Shown in pieces: positions 1 through 9,417 of a stretch of DNA of 64,000 nt. The DNA is taken from positions 1 through 64,000 of the forward strand of contig JBDRRF010000084.1 in NCBI GenBank assembly GCA_043825875.1, read 5' to 3'. The first letter of the stretch is position 1. Every line of letters begins with the position of its first letter. The translations under genes were made by a program, and so were the position numbers. Origin of the DNA: Pseudomonadota bacterium (GTDB lineage Bacteria > Desulfobacterota > Desulfobacteria > Desulfobacterales > RPRI01). The notes under the pieces were generated by a model. It ran no database searches and was not told the DNA's origin. It saw nothing but the letters and a program-made list of their open reading frames with translations.

Positions 1-140
1 GCCAGTTTCAAAACGCCCCATTTTGGCCGATCTCTGCGTTGGGCTCAAATTTCAATCCTCGAAATACTCAATGTATTCCTGTGGTTGAAATTTTCTCCCG
101 CCTTGAGCTTGACCAAACTGAAACGTTTTGAAAGTGGCTC
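1..140 (+). mobile_element. MITE copy 1 (~142-bp non-autonomous element; first 2 nt cut by window edge)
   Basis: Near-identical to six other copies; ends (GA)GCCAGTTTCAAAACG ... CGTTTTGAAAGTGGCTC form a 17-bp imperfect terminal inverted repeat. Confidence 0.9.
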
Positions 141-189
141 ATAGGTTTGCAAATTCAATGCGTACCCAATTTCCCCTCTGATGCTTCCT

Positions 190-903
190 TTATTTGGCAA
201 GCATACCGCCAGGAAGTTCCTTTTGCCTGGATTCATAAACGGTCTTGCTTATTAAACCTTTATTGTAAAATTCTTTAAGTATACTGTCTATAAGTTCATT
301 TTGTTTGGATTCCCAAACAACCTCGCTGAAGAGACCTTGATTATAACTTTCTTGAAGCTTACTGAGGCTTTCTTCAAGATTAAGACCGTTTGTAGTTGGG
401 GTTTTCACAGTTGATACTATAGATTCGCTAAAAACTGGCTTCTCGCTGCTTAAAGGGAGTCCTGAAAGGGTTATGGCGGCTAAGGCCAGATCTGAAAGAT
501 TACATTTATGCGGATCAATTTCCAAAGTATCATGGCTGGTAATTCCCAAAAAGGAGTTCGCATAGGTAATTTTAACGGACTTTTGTAAAAGTTGAATATG
601 TTTTACTTCTGACCATTTGAAGGATTTCTTTCTTTTTAATACTAGAGGATGAGCAATAGTATCTTTCGGCACATCCATGAAGAAATTATCTTTATCTACA
701 ATGGATCTGGTTCTATACGTATCACTGGTACATATTTCTATTATTTCGGCAGCCTGGTCCTTAGTTATTTTTACATAATACTTGCTTTCGGCAACAAGCT
801 TTAAAGGATCAGGTAAAGATACAGTATCTCCATATGCAAAATTTCCCATGAAAAATATGAGAATAAACACGGTTAAACATTTGATTATAGTTAACTGTTT
901 CAT
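190..903 (-). CDS. Hypothetical exported protein with SHOCT-like C-terminal helices
   Basis: 237-aa ORF, signal peptide ending AYG, AAGGA RBS; C-terminal LxKLxExYxxGLxSExxxExKxxEL-type repeats. Confidence 0.6.
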   Translation of the reverse strand: MKQLTIIKCLTVFILIFFMGNFAYGDTVSLPDPLKLVAESKYYVKITKDQAAEIIEICTSDTYRTRSIVDKDNFFMDVPKDTIAHPLVLKRKKSFKWSEVKHIQLLQKSVKITYANSFLGITSHDTLEIDPHKCNLSDLALAAITLSGLPLSSEKPVFSESIVSTVKTPTTNGLNLEESLSKLQESYNQGLFSEVVWESKQNELIDSILKEFYNKGLISKTVYESRQKELPGGMLAK

Positions 904-1015
904 AAATTAATTTCCTTTATAGATTTAAATCGTTTAACTCCGGACTATCCTTTGTTTATTCCTCTGGGGGCAAATAAATTTTATCTTTCATTGCCGCGTT
1001 CTGGGCCTGGTATTA

Positions 1016-1228
1016 TTAATATTGCAATCTGCATCTTTCGCAAACATACATATCCCATAGCGCTTTTTCCCCATGTTTAACAAAATATTGAATATTGTAA
1101 AGAGCATTTCTGCATCTTCCACATATAAATGGAGAAACAATCATATTAATTCTCGTACACTTTTTTACTGTCCACACTTTGCCTTCTGTAGCACATTGTA
1201 ACGGACCGCTGGTAGTTGTATCTTGCAA
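1016..1228 (-). CDS. Small Cys-rich (possible zinc-ribbon) hypothetical protein
   Basis: TTG start with AAGGAG RBS; CGRC and CERC motifs. Confidence 0.4.
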   Translation of the reverse strand: MQDTTTSGPLQCATEGKVWTVKKCTRINMIVSPFICGRCRNALYNIQYFVKHGEKALWDMYVCERCRLQY

Positions 1229-1404
1229 ATTTATATTCTCCTTTAATGTCGCATTTTAAACCTGACTTTGCCTTTTTTGGCATTGTTTGATTTTAAGATC
1301 AATACCTTTTATGTGTAAGGCAATAGGAGTTAATACCAGGCCGCATTCAAATTATAGCTGCGTTGGCTTCGTCGGTTCTGTCTTTGACGTATTGCATATA
1401 CTCC

Positions 1405-1541
1405 TGTGGGAAAACTTTACGTACTGGTTGAAGTAGCAGGGAATGGAAAAGTGTTATGGAGAGCCTAAACTGGCACGAACCTGGAAACGGCATGTACAGC
1501 CAAGGCAACATCTAGGGCAACTCGCCATTCCTTGACCCTGC
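1405..1541 (+). other. Degenerate group II intron 3' remnant (part of domain V and a long domain VI)
   Basis: GGGAAAACTTTACGTAC resembles the DV loop and 3' strand; GCAGGGAATGG pairs with CCATTCCTTG(A)C with a bulged A at 1535; ends GACCCTGC (cf. GACCCTAC); the AGC triad strand and RT ORF are absent. Confidence 0.6.
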
Positions 1542-1720
1542 AATAGCTGCTGCAAGGTAGTAATGGTGACATCTATGTTTTTATGCTTTTCCCTACCTGA
1601 TTACATATGGAATTTAGCTAAATAAAGCTTGCTAAATTTACATATTATTCTTAGCATCTCTTACTATTATACAGTAATCGTGTGAGCCAGTTTCAACGAT
1701 AAAACAAAGGAGTACTTGCT

Positions 1721-2317
1721 ATGAAAAAGATGATTGTTTTGGTTTCGTTATTGGCCTCGTTGGTCCTGTTTGCAAATATCGTGTATGCAGAACCTTCCGA
1801 ATGGCAACTCGACCAGGTTCACTCCCGTATTTTTTTTGATATAAAACATATTTTCGCTATAGTAAGGGGGCAGTTTGATGATATGTCAGCTACTTTGAAA
1901 TTTGATCCGAACAATGTGAAAGATAGCAGATGTGACATGGAGGTAAGGATTAAAAGCATAAATACCAACATCCAAAAACGGGATGAGCATCTGCTGTCAG
2001 ATGATTTTTTTTCGGGTGCAAAATTTCCGGTTATGAAATTTAAAACTATGGAAGTCGGCCATATGAAGAACAACCAGTTTCAATTGAAAGGAAAACTTAC
2101 CATAAAAGATGTAACGCAGGATGTGGTGATTCCGGTTATCTATCTGGGCGAAAAAGAACATCCAGCCGATCCCAAAAAGCTTGTGTGCGGTTTTGAAGGC
2201 AAGTTTACGATAGACAGATTGCTATATCATGTTGGAACCGGTAAATACTATAAAATGGGCGCAATAGGAAAAGACGTTGATATCATAATTTCCATTGAGG
2301 CTATAAAAGACAAGTAA
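1721..2317 (+). CDS. YceI-family periplasmic lipid/polyisoprenoid-binding protein
   Basis: Signal peptide; W-x-LD-x-x-HS, SINT-x4-RDEHL-x-S-x-DFF, GKLTIKDVT motifs. Confidence 0.9.
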   Translation: MKKMIVLVSLLASLVLFANIVYAEPSEWQLDQVHSRIFFDIKHIFAIVRGQFDDMSATLKFDPNNVKDSRCDMEVRIKSINTNIQKRDEHLLSDDFFSGAKFPVMKFKTMEVGHMKNNQFQLKGKLTIKDVTQDVVIPVIYLGEKEHPADPKKLVCGFEGKFTIDRLLYHVGTGKYYKMGAIGKDVDIIISIEAIKDK

Positions 2318-2419
2318 AGGAAAAATAAACGCACATATAACCAAACAATTACAACTTGAATCAGAATATTGTTTTGGCAAACGCCATATATATCGAAACT
2401 TATTTCGGGAGGCTGATAT

Positions 2420-3535
2420 TTGATATTTTTTCTTCTTGTTTCTTCCATAATATACCTTGCATTAAACTACTATATTTATAGTCGCATCACGGGTGGTTTG
2501 AATCTCTCGAACCGTGTTTCAAAAATTCTGCTGGGTTTCTTTATTCTGGCTACCTTCTCTTTTATTCCGGCTGAAATTCTTAGTCGCCATTTTGAACAAG
2601 TGTGGATCAGACCTTTTTTATACTTAAGCTTTACCTGGCTTGGGGTGACATCAATCGCTATTGCAGTTTTTGTAATCGTAGATGTTTTAAGAATATTTAT
2701 AAGGCTAAAAAAGTTCAGATACTATGCAACCGTTAGTGCTTTGCTTCTGATCGGATTAACATCCGGCTATTGCTTATACAATCAGGCAGAAAATCCGGTG
2801 ATCAAAGAGATTATGATTCCTGTATCAAAACTGCCGCCTGCTATGAACGGATTTACGATAGTACAATTGTCGGATCTTCATTTGGATATGTCAAAATCAG
2901 AAAGCTTTCTTAAAGATCTTGTTTCACAAACGCTTGCTTTAAAACCGGATCTTATTGTAATAACAGGTGATATGATAGATACTGATATTTGCAAACTTAA
3001 TGATTTCTGCAAAATTCTAAGTGGGTTAAAGGCAAAATACGGCGTGTATGCAGTAACCGGAAATCACGAGTTTTATGCCGGTATTCCGCTTTTTATGGAA
3101 ATAGCGACAAATTCGGATATCAGGGTTCTTAGAAACACAAATGTTTTAATTGCGGATGCTATAGAACTTGTTGGTATTGATGATGCATTCTCTGTTAAGC
3201 GGTTTGAAAAAATTTCGGTGAAAGAAAGTCTTTTGAGCGCATTTAAAAAAGTTGATTTCACAAAACCGGTGATTCTTCTGTCGCATCAGCCGGATGTTTT
3301 CGATCTTGCCCGGAGTATGGGGGCGGATATACAGCTTTCAGGACATACGCATGCAGGGCAGCTCCCGCCCGTAGATTTGATGGTTCAAATTCTATTTAAA
3401 TATTCCTTCGGCTTATATAAAAAAGATGCCTCATATCTTTATACTACATGCGGTTCTGCTTTCTGGGGTCCTCCCATGCGAATGTTTTCAAAACCGGAAA
3501 TTGTCAAGGTAATCCTGATCGCAACAAAGTCATGA
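2420..3535 (+). CDS. Membrane-anchored calcineurin-like metallophosphoesterase (YkuE/YaeI-like)
   Basis: N-terminal TM helices; SDLH, TGD, GNHE, LLSHQP, SGHTHAGQ motifs. Confidence 0.9.
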   Translation: MIFFLLVSSIIYLALNYYIYSRITGGLNLSNRVSKILLGFFILATFSFIPAEILSRHFEQVWIRPFLYLSFTWLGVTSIAIAVFVIVDVLRIFIRLKKFRYYATVSALLLIGLTSGYCLYNQAENPVIKEIMIPVSKLPPAMNGFTIVQLSDLHLDMSKSESFLKDLVSQTLALKPDLIVITGDMIDTDICKLNDFCKILSGLKAKYGVYAVTGNHEFYAGIPLFMEIATNSDIRVLRNTNVLIADAIELVGIDDAFSVKRFEKISVKESLLSAFKKVDFTKPVILLSHQPDVFDLARSMGADIQLSGHTHAGQLPPVDLMVQILFKYSFGLYKKDASYLYTTCGSAFWGPPMRMFSKPEIVKVILIATKS

Positions 3536-3545
3536 CTATATTAAA

Positions 3546-4157
3546 TTAATGCCCTGCCTCATCACCCCACAGCTCCTTAAGACGCTTATCCCGACCGCAA
3601 CTGTAACGGTAGTATTTATAACGAATCGGATTTTTCTTGTAATAGTGTTGATGATAATCTTCGGCAGGGTAGAACTCGCTGACCTGGACAATCTCGGTCT
3701 CAATGCTGCCTTGAAAAGGTTTGTTCTTTTCAAGCATTCCCTTTGACTGTAACGCCAGCTTTTGTTGCTTTTCATTATGATAAAAGATTGCACTTCGATA
3801 CTGATTGCCTGTATCACAAAACTGCTTGTCTTTAACTGTCGGGTCAATATTGTGCCAAAAGACGTTTAGTAATTTTTCATATGAGATTTTTGTCGGATCA
3901 TAGATGATTTGAACCGATTCGGTATGTCCGGTTCCTCCTGCTGAGACTTCTTTGTATGTCGGGTTATTTTTATGTCCTCCGGTATAACCCGGAATTACCG
4001 AAACCACCCCGTCAAGCTGGTCGAATGGGTGCTCCATGCACCAGAAACATCCGCCTGCAAAAGTTGCTTTCTCAAAATTATTTTCTGCAGCTATACTTGC
4101 ACCGGTTGCAAAAAATATGAATGGTAATGTCAAAATTGCGATAAAGAGTACTTTCAT
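3546..4157 (-). CDS. msrA: Peptide-methionine (S)-S-oxide reductase MsrA, exported
   Basis: FAGGCFWC, GYTGG, AEDYHQHYY motifs; signal peptide. Confidence 0.95.
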   Translation of the reverse strand: MKVLFIAILTLPFIFFATGASIAAENNFEKATFAGGCFWCMEHPFDQLDGVVSVIPGYTGGHKNNPTYKEVSAGGTGHTESVQIIYDPTKISYEKLLNVFWHNIDPTVKDKQFCDTGNQYRSAIFYHNEKQQKLALQSKGMLEKNKPFQGSIETEIVQVSEFYPAEDYHQHYYKKNPIRYKYYRYSCGRDKRLKELWGDEAGH

Positions 4158-4173
4158 TAAACACCTTCCTTAT

Positions 4174-4315
4174 AAGCCAGTTTCAAAACGTCCCATTTTG
4201 GCCGATCTCTGCGTTGGGTGAAAATTTTAATCCTCGAAATACTCCATGTATTCCTGCGGTTAAAATTCCCCCCCGCCTTGACCTTGACCAAACTGAAACG
4301 TTTTGAAAGTGGCTC
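4174..4315 (+). mobile_element. MITE copy 2 between msrB and msrA
   Basis: 142 bp, TIRs, flanked by TTAT direct repeat (4170-4173 / 4316-4319). Confidence 0.9.
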
Positions 4316-4327
4316 TTATAAATACGC

Positions 4328-4885
4328 TTATTTGCCGGCTGCTACAAATTGCAATGCAGCCGAGTTCATACAGTATCTTAGCCCTGTTGGTTTGGGGCCG
4401 TCGGTGAAAACATGACCTAAATGGCTGTCGCACCTGCGGCAGAGTATCTCGGTACGTGTACTAAACAGACTGTTATCCGGTGCTTCAATTATGTTTTCCG
4501 GAGAAATGGGTGCTGTAAAGCTTGGCCAGCCTGTTTTTGAATCAAATTTGTCTTCTGATTTGTACAGATCTAAACCGCATGCGGCGCAACGGTAGATGCC
4601 GTCTTCGTAAAAATGGTCGTATTGCCCGCTAAAGGCCTGCTCTGTTCCCATTTCCCTCATTATATGGTATTGAACAGGTGTGAGCAGCTTTTTCCATTCT
4701 TCATCTGTTTTAACCACGGTTTTGCCCATAACATAATCCCCTTTTTCAGCTGAATAGACCTTGATAGCTGACGGTCCTGATATATTAGTGCCTTCTACCT
4801 GTGTTTCCGAGTTGCACGAAAGAATCATGCTGCAAAACATAAAAAATGTTATCAAGGATGCCTGAAATAATGCCGGGTATTTCAT
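4328..4885 (-). CDS. msrB: Peptide-methionine (R)-S-oxide reductase MsrB, probable lipoprotein
   Basis: GTE, CAAC, GWPSF, CRRCDSHLGHVF, RYCMNS motifs; ILSC lipobox-like segment. Confidence 0.95.
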   Translation of the reverse strand: MKYPALFQASLITFFMFCSMILSCNSETQVEGTNISGPSAIKVYSAEKGDYVMGKTVVKTDEEWKKLLTPVQYHIMREMGTEQAFSGQYDHFYEDGIYRCAACGLDLYKSEDKFDSKTGWPSFTAPISPENIIEAPDNSLFSTRTEILCRRCDSHLGHVFTDGPKPTGLRYCMNSAALQFVAAGK

Positions 4886-5150
4886 ATGATATCTCCTTTA
4901 ATGTTTAATGGATTCATCTGACTCGTCAGCTTATTAGAACTGCTTTCCCTTGTTTATGCCTTAATTAACGGATGATGCCTTCTTTCGATTAAAAGTTTAT
5001 CATGTTTGCATCTTTTGTAAATAAGGTTTATTTATTTCATCTTGACACCATTCGTAAGCAGTATATTGTTATAAATGAAGGCCGAACAGACACTTGAAAT
5101 AAAAATATCTGTTTTCTATCTAATACGAAATTGTAAAGGAGCTAACTATA

Positions 5151-5876
5151 ATGAAAGGTTTCCTGAAAAAATATTTGCGCAACAATCTTGCGCCTGATGT
5201 AAATATCCCGATAATTGCTTGCACAATAATTTTGTTTGCAGGAATATTCATGTTGTTGGCATGTGCTACTGAAAGCCATAATGTTTTGGAAACTGAATCG
5301 GTGGCAACCTATAAAACCGGTTACATCGGGCCAAAGTATCAACTGGCAGTGGGTAAATTTGCAAATCGTTCAACATATATGAACGGTATATTTTCAGATG
5401 GAACAGACAGGCTTGGGTCTCAGGCAAAAACTATTTTAAAAACACATCTTGCTCAGACAAATCGTTTTGTTACGATGGACCGCGACAACATGGATGAGAT
5501 AGCCCAGGAAGCAAAGATATTAGGGAAAAATCAGGAGCTGACGGGTGCTAAAGTAATTGTTACCGGTGAAGTAACGGAATTTGGTCGCAAGGTAACAGGG
5601 GATGCACAGCTTTTCGGTATTCTCGGCCATGGTAAAAAACAAGTTGCTTATTCAAAAGTTTCAATCAATATCGTTGATGTTCATACTTCTCAGATTGTAT
5701 ATGCTATTCAGGGTGCAGGTGAATATGCCTTGAGCAACCGGGAAATTCTTGGTTTTGGCGGAACGGCAGGATATGATTCAACCCTTACTAGTAAAGTGTT
5801 GAATTTAGCTATTATGGATGCTGTGAATAAACTTGTTGCAGGACTTGAGCGTGGTGAATGGAGCCCGGTTAAATAG
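5151..5876 (+). CDS. CsgG/HfaB-family lipoprotein
   Basis: LLAC lipobox; AVGKFANRS, VTEFGRK, GFGGTAGYDSTL pattern; first gene of a three-lipoprotein operon. Confidence 0.8.
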   Translation: MKGFLKKYLRNNLAPDVNIPIIACTIILFAGIFMLLACATESHNVLETESVATYKTGYIGPKYQLAVGKFANRSTYMNGIFSDGTDRLGSQAKTILKTHLAQTNRFVTMDRDNMDEIAQEAKILGKNQELTGAKVIVTGEVTEFGRKVTGDAQLFGILGHGKKQVAYSKVSINIVDVHTSQIVYAIQGAGEYALSNREILGFGGTAGYDSTLTSKVLNLAIMDAVNKLVAGLERGEWSPVK

Positions 5877-5881
5877 AAATC

Positions 5882-6232
5882 ATGAGACTGCTCAAAAAAT
5901 TTCTTTGCCTGGTAATTGCCTTTTTTATAGCAGGTTGTGCAGGGCATAGTACTTTATATGAATGGGGTTATTATGAAGACTCCCTTTTTGATATGTATAT
6001 TAATCCGGGCAAAACATCTCTAAGTGATGAAATCAATCGTTTTGAGGAACAAATTGAAGAAACAACTGCTTCGGACAGATTTGTTCCTCCTGGATTGCAT
6101 GCACATCTGGCATATCTCTATTTTTCTGAAGGGGATTATGCTACAGGCATGATTCATTTGCAGACCGAAAAGAAAAAATTTCCTGAATCATCACATTTCG
6201 TTGATGGAATGATAAACCGGATGAAAAAATGA
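5882..6232 (+). CDS. DUF4810-like lipoprotein
   Basis: IAGC lipobox; LYEWGYY, VPPGLHAHL, EKxxFPES. Confidence 0.75.
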   Translation: MRLLKKFLCLVIAFFIAGCAGHSTLYEWGYYEDSLFDMYINPGKTSLSDEINRFEEQIEETTASDRFVPPGLHAHLAYLYFSEGDYATGMIHLQTEKKKFPESSHFVDGMINRMKK

Positions 6233-6942
6233 AAAGAAATTTTTCTTTAACCTTTTATCTTTTTTTATTACTTTTTGCAGCTTTTTTTGTCCAGGCTTGT
6301 GGCACAGCTCCAAAACCGCATGACTATAATGCATATCTGTCTCATATGCCAGTTTCAATTCTTGTGCTGCCTCCTCGCAATGAATCCACGGAAGTCATGG
6401 CGCCGTATATTTATCTTTCCACTGTAACACGGCCTCTTGCAGAGCGCGGATATTATGTTTTCCCGGTTGCAGTAATCGATATGCTGATGAAAGAAAACGG
6501 TGTGCCTTCCCCTGATGAAATGGCACAGGTAAGCCTGAAAAAGATTCGTGAAATAATTAATCCCGATGCTGTTTTATACATGACTGTAAAAGAATGGGGA
6601 ACAAAATATAAGGTGTTAAACTCTACTACTACAGTGTGCCTGTCTGGGCAGCTTGTTGACACTGAAACAGGCATTGTTTTATGGCAGGGAGAATATCGCA
6701 CAATAAAAAACTCAAGCGATGGCCAGCAGGGGATAATTGCCATGCTGGTATCTGCGGTTATACACCAGATTGTTAATACCATTTCAGATCCTACTCGTGA
6801 TTTGGCCCAATTGAACAATGAGCGGATGTTTTTAAACGAACGTAATGGCCTTCTGCTTGGAAAACGTCACAGCCAATTTGAATCTGACCAGCGCAGCCAT
6901 CGGGAAATCATGAATCGGACAGCTGCTGAAAGCAACCCCTGA
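6229..6942 (+). CDS. DUF799/GNA1162-like lipoprotein
   Basis: VQAC lipobox; SILVLPPRNES, PLAERGYYVFPV, DAVLY motifs; ATGA overlap with upstream gene. Confidence 0.8.
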   Translation: MKRNFSLTFYLFLLLFAAFFVQACGTAPKPHDYNAYLSHMPVSILVLPPRNESTEVMAPYIYLSTVTRPLAERGYYVFPVAVIDMLMKENGVPSPDEMAQVSLKKIREIINPDAVLYMTVKEWGTKYKVLNSTTTVCLSGQLVDTETGIVLWQGEYRTIKNSSDGQQGIIAMLVSAVIHQIVNTISDPTRDLAQLNNERMFLNERNGLLLGKRHSQFESDQRSHREIMNRTAAESNP

Positions 6943-7253
6943 TCAAATGCAAGCAGAAACACACTTTTGAGATAACATACCAAAGCAATTTAAACTGCCC
7001 ATCACCTGTGGAGGCAACCCACTATCATGCTCAAACAATTATAACAAGAACCGGAACATTTTTTTGACAATCGATATATTTATGTTATTTTAATAAAAGC
7101 AATATTAATTATTGTTTTAAATATGACTTAGATACTGCTGTTCATCAACCAACTCTAAATTGCTTCTAATATCATTTATCATATATTTTTATTAGTTATG
7201 CTTGGCTTTTAGTTTTTTTAACAAATATAAGAATTTTTCTTGATTATTTCTTG

Positions 7254-7295
7254 TTAGTAATTATTATCAATAAAGTATAAAAAAATAATTACTAA
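7254..7295. promoter_or_regulatory. Candidate Fur/PerR-type operator upstream of rubrerythrin operon
   Basis: TAGTAATTATTATCA (7255-7269) resembles the 7-1-7 TGATAATNATTATCA box; TTAGTAATTATT (7254-7265) and AATAATTACTAA (7284-7295) form an inverted pair. Confidence 0.45.
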
Positions 7296-7320
7296 TACTA
7301 ATTTAACAGGAGGGTAGGAA

Positions 7321-7896
7321 ATGGCGTCTATAAGAGGTACGAAAACTGAAAAGAATCTTCTTACATCATTTGCAGGTGAATCTCAGGCCCGTAATCGATA
7401 TACATATTTTGCAAGTAAAGCCAAGAAGGAAGGGTATGAGCAGATTTCTTTTATTTTTGAAGAAACGGCAAACCAGGAAAAAGAGCACGCCAAAAGGTTT
7501 TTTAAATTTCTTGAAGGTGGCGATGTCGAAGTTTGTGCTCCATTTCCATCAGGAGTAGTAGGTACAACTCTTGAAAATTTAAAGGCTGCCGCTGCCGGGG
7601 AACATCATGAACATACTGCCTTATATCCTGATGCTGCCAAAACTGCACGGGAAGAAGGGTTTGATTATATTGCCGAAGTTTTTGAGAAAATTTCTGTTGC
7701 TGAAAAGCAGCATGAAAAAAGATACAGAGATCTTATCGCCAATATAGAATCGGATCAGGTTTTTAAGAAAAAAGAGGAAACTCTTTGGCGTTGCAGGAAC
7801 TGCGGTTATCTGCACGAAGGAAAAGATGCTCCGGATGTTTGCCCGGCATGTGACCATCCGCAGGCGCACTTTGAGCTCCTTGGTGAAAATTACTGA
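7321..7896 (+). CDS. rbr: Rubrerythrin
   Basis: FAGESQARNRY, two ExxH diiron motifs, C-terminal CRNC...CPAC rubredoxin domain. Confidence 0.97.
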   Translation: MASIRGTKTEKNLLTSFAGESQARNRYTYFASKAKKEGYEQISFIFEETANQEKEHAKRFFKFLEGGDVEVCAPFPSGVVGTTLENLKAAAAGEHHEHTALYPDAAKTAREEGFDYIAEVFEKISVAEKQHEKRYRDLIANIESDQVFKKKEETLWRCRNCGYLHEGKDAPDVCPACDHPQAHFELLGENY

Positions 7897-7949
7897 TTTT
7901 AATAAACTAACTAAATTAAAAATTAATCTATCAAAAGGAGAGTAATGAC

Positions 7950-8324
7950 ATGGCTAAAAGACTTGAAGTATACAAATGTGAAGTATGTGGAAATATAGTA
8001 GAAGTGTTGCACGGCAGTAAAGGAGAACTTGTTTGTTGTGGAGCACCCATGAAACTTATGGCTGAAAATACAGTAGATGCTGCAAAAGAAAAACATGTTC
8101 CCGTTATTGAAAAAACAGCGGGAGGCATCAAAGTCAAAGTGGGAAGTGTTGCTCATCCTATGGAGGAAAAACATTATATAGAATGGATTGAAATTATTGC
8201 CGATGGCAAACTGTATCGCCAATTCTTAAATCCTGGCCAGGCACCCGAAGCTACTTTCGCCATTGATGCCAAAGAAATTGTTGCCAGAGAATATTGTAAT
8301 CTTCACGGACATTGGAAAGCATAA
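7950..8324 (+). CDS. dfx: Desulfoferrodoxin (2Fe superoxide reductase)
   Basis: YKCEVCGN...CCG desulforedoxin domain; EKHVP, HPM, HYIEWI, CNLHG. Confidence 0.97.
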   Translation: MAKRLEVYKCEVCGNIVEVLHGSKGELVCCGAPMKLMAENTVDAAKEKHVPVIEKTAGGIKVKVGSVAHPMEEKHYIEWIEIIADGKLYRQFLNPGQAPEATFAIDAKEIVAREYCNLHGHWKA

Positions 8325-8345
8325 AAAGATTAAGGAGGTAATATT

Positions 8346-8501
8346 ATGTCAAGCTGGAAATGCCAAAACTGTGGTTACATGTTTGAAGCAGATACTCCGC
8401 CCAACGAATGCCCGTCATGCAAAGAAAAGTGTGAATTTGTTGATAACTCATGCTATACGCCTGACTGCGGGACTGAAGGTATTGACCCAAGGATAAAATA
8501 A
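8346..8501 (+). CDS. Small rubredoxin-like metal-binding protein (51 aa; below ORF-track cutoff)
   Basis: [61 protein letters not shown]. Confidence 0.85.
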   Translation: MSSWKCQNCGYMFEADTPPNECPSCKEKCEFVDNSCYTPDCGTEGIDPRIK

Positions 8502-8564
8502 AGTATCGACACTCGGATTTAACATAATTGTTATTACATAACAAAATATTGGAGAAGGTTTATT

Positions 8565-9002
8565 ATGCCTAAAGCACTTATTGTTTTTGCTACAAGAAGC
8601 GGCGGAACAAAAAAAATTGCAGAGTTAATAGCAGAAGGGCTTCGAATTGCAGGTGCAGAAGCCGATGTCGTAAATGTAAATGAAATAAAAAACGAAAGCG
8701 CTCTTACCGGATATGACGCTTGTATATTCGGATCAGCGACATACCATGGTGATATGATGCAGGGTATGAAGACGATGCTTTTTCTTGCAGAAAAAGCAAA
8801 TCTGGATGGGAAAAAAGGAGGCTCCTTCGGAGCTTTTGGCTGGAGTGGTGAAGCACCTGACCGCATCTATGATACAATGAAAAATATTTTCAATATGGAT
8901 ATGGTTAGCGCCTCTCTTCGTCTGAAATCAAGCACTATCGAAGGAGGGATAAAGATGGCCCAGGATTACGGTCGTGAAATAGCTAAAAAACTTGGACTGT
9001 AG
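8565..9002 (+). CDS. Flavodoxin-domain protein
   Basis: ATRSGGTKKIA FMN loop, GSATYHG, FGAFGWSGEA. Confidence 0.9.
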   Translation: MPKALIVFATRSGGTKKIAELIAEGLRIAGAEADVVNVNEIKNESALTGYDACIFGSATYHGDMMQGMKTMLFLAEKANLDGKKGGSFGAFGWSGEAPDRIYDTMKNIFNMDMVSASLRLKSSTIEGGIKMAQDYGREIAKKLGL

Positions 9003-9144
9003 AGCCACTTTAAAAACGTTTCAGTTTGGTCAAGCTCAAGGCGGGAGAAAATTTCAACCACAGGAATACATTTAGTATTTCGAGGATTAAAATTTGAGAC
9101 CAACGCTTAAGATCGGCCAAAATGGGGCGTTTTGAAACAGGCTC
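9002..9144 (-). mobile_element. MITE copy 3 (inverted), inserted into the flavodoxin stop codon
   Basis: 143 bp; TGTA direct repeat (8998-9001 / 9145-9148); element supplies the G of TAG. Confidence 0.9.
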
Positions 9145-9198
9145 TGTAATATCTTAAATAATTTGACTTAACAATTCTTAATTATAAGGAGGATATCT

Positions 9199-9384
9199 AT
9201 GACTACACCCCAGCATTGCCCCGGTTTTCAAGATTTTAAACATCTTTCATCTTTTATGTGTTCATGTCCTTCCTGCGGGAAAAAATTCGAAATATTTTCC
9301 GATGAGTTTGATAAAAAGCGTAAATGTGACTCTTGCGGCGCTGAAATAGATTTTACTCAATGCACACTCGAGGGTAAAGCCTAA
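9199..9384 (+). CDS. Small zinc-ribbon protein
   Basis: AGGAGG RBS; HCPG, CPSC and CDSC motifs, EIFSDE. Confidence 0.75.
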   Translation: MTTPQHCPGFQDFKHLSSFMCSCPSCGKKFEIFSDEFDKKRKCDSCGAEIDFTQCTLEGKA

Positions 9385-9417
9385 AAATATCAATGTTCAA
9401 TGGATCGGGAGGCGGTC

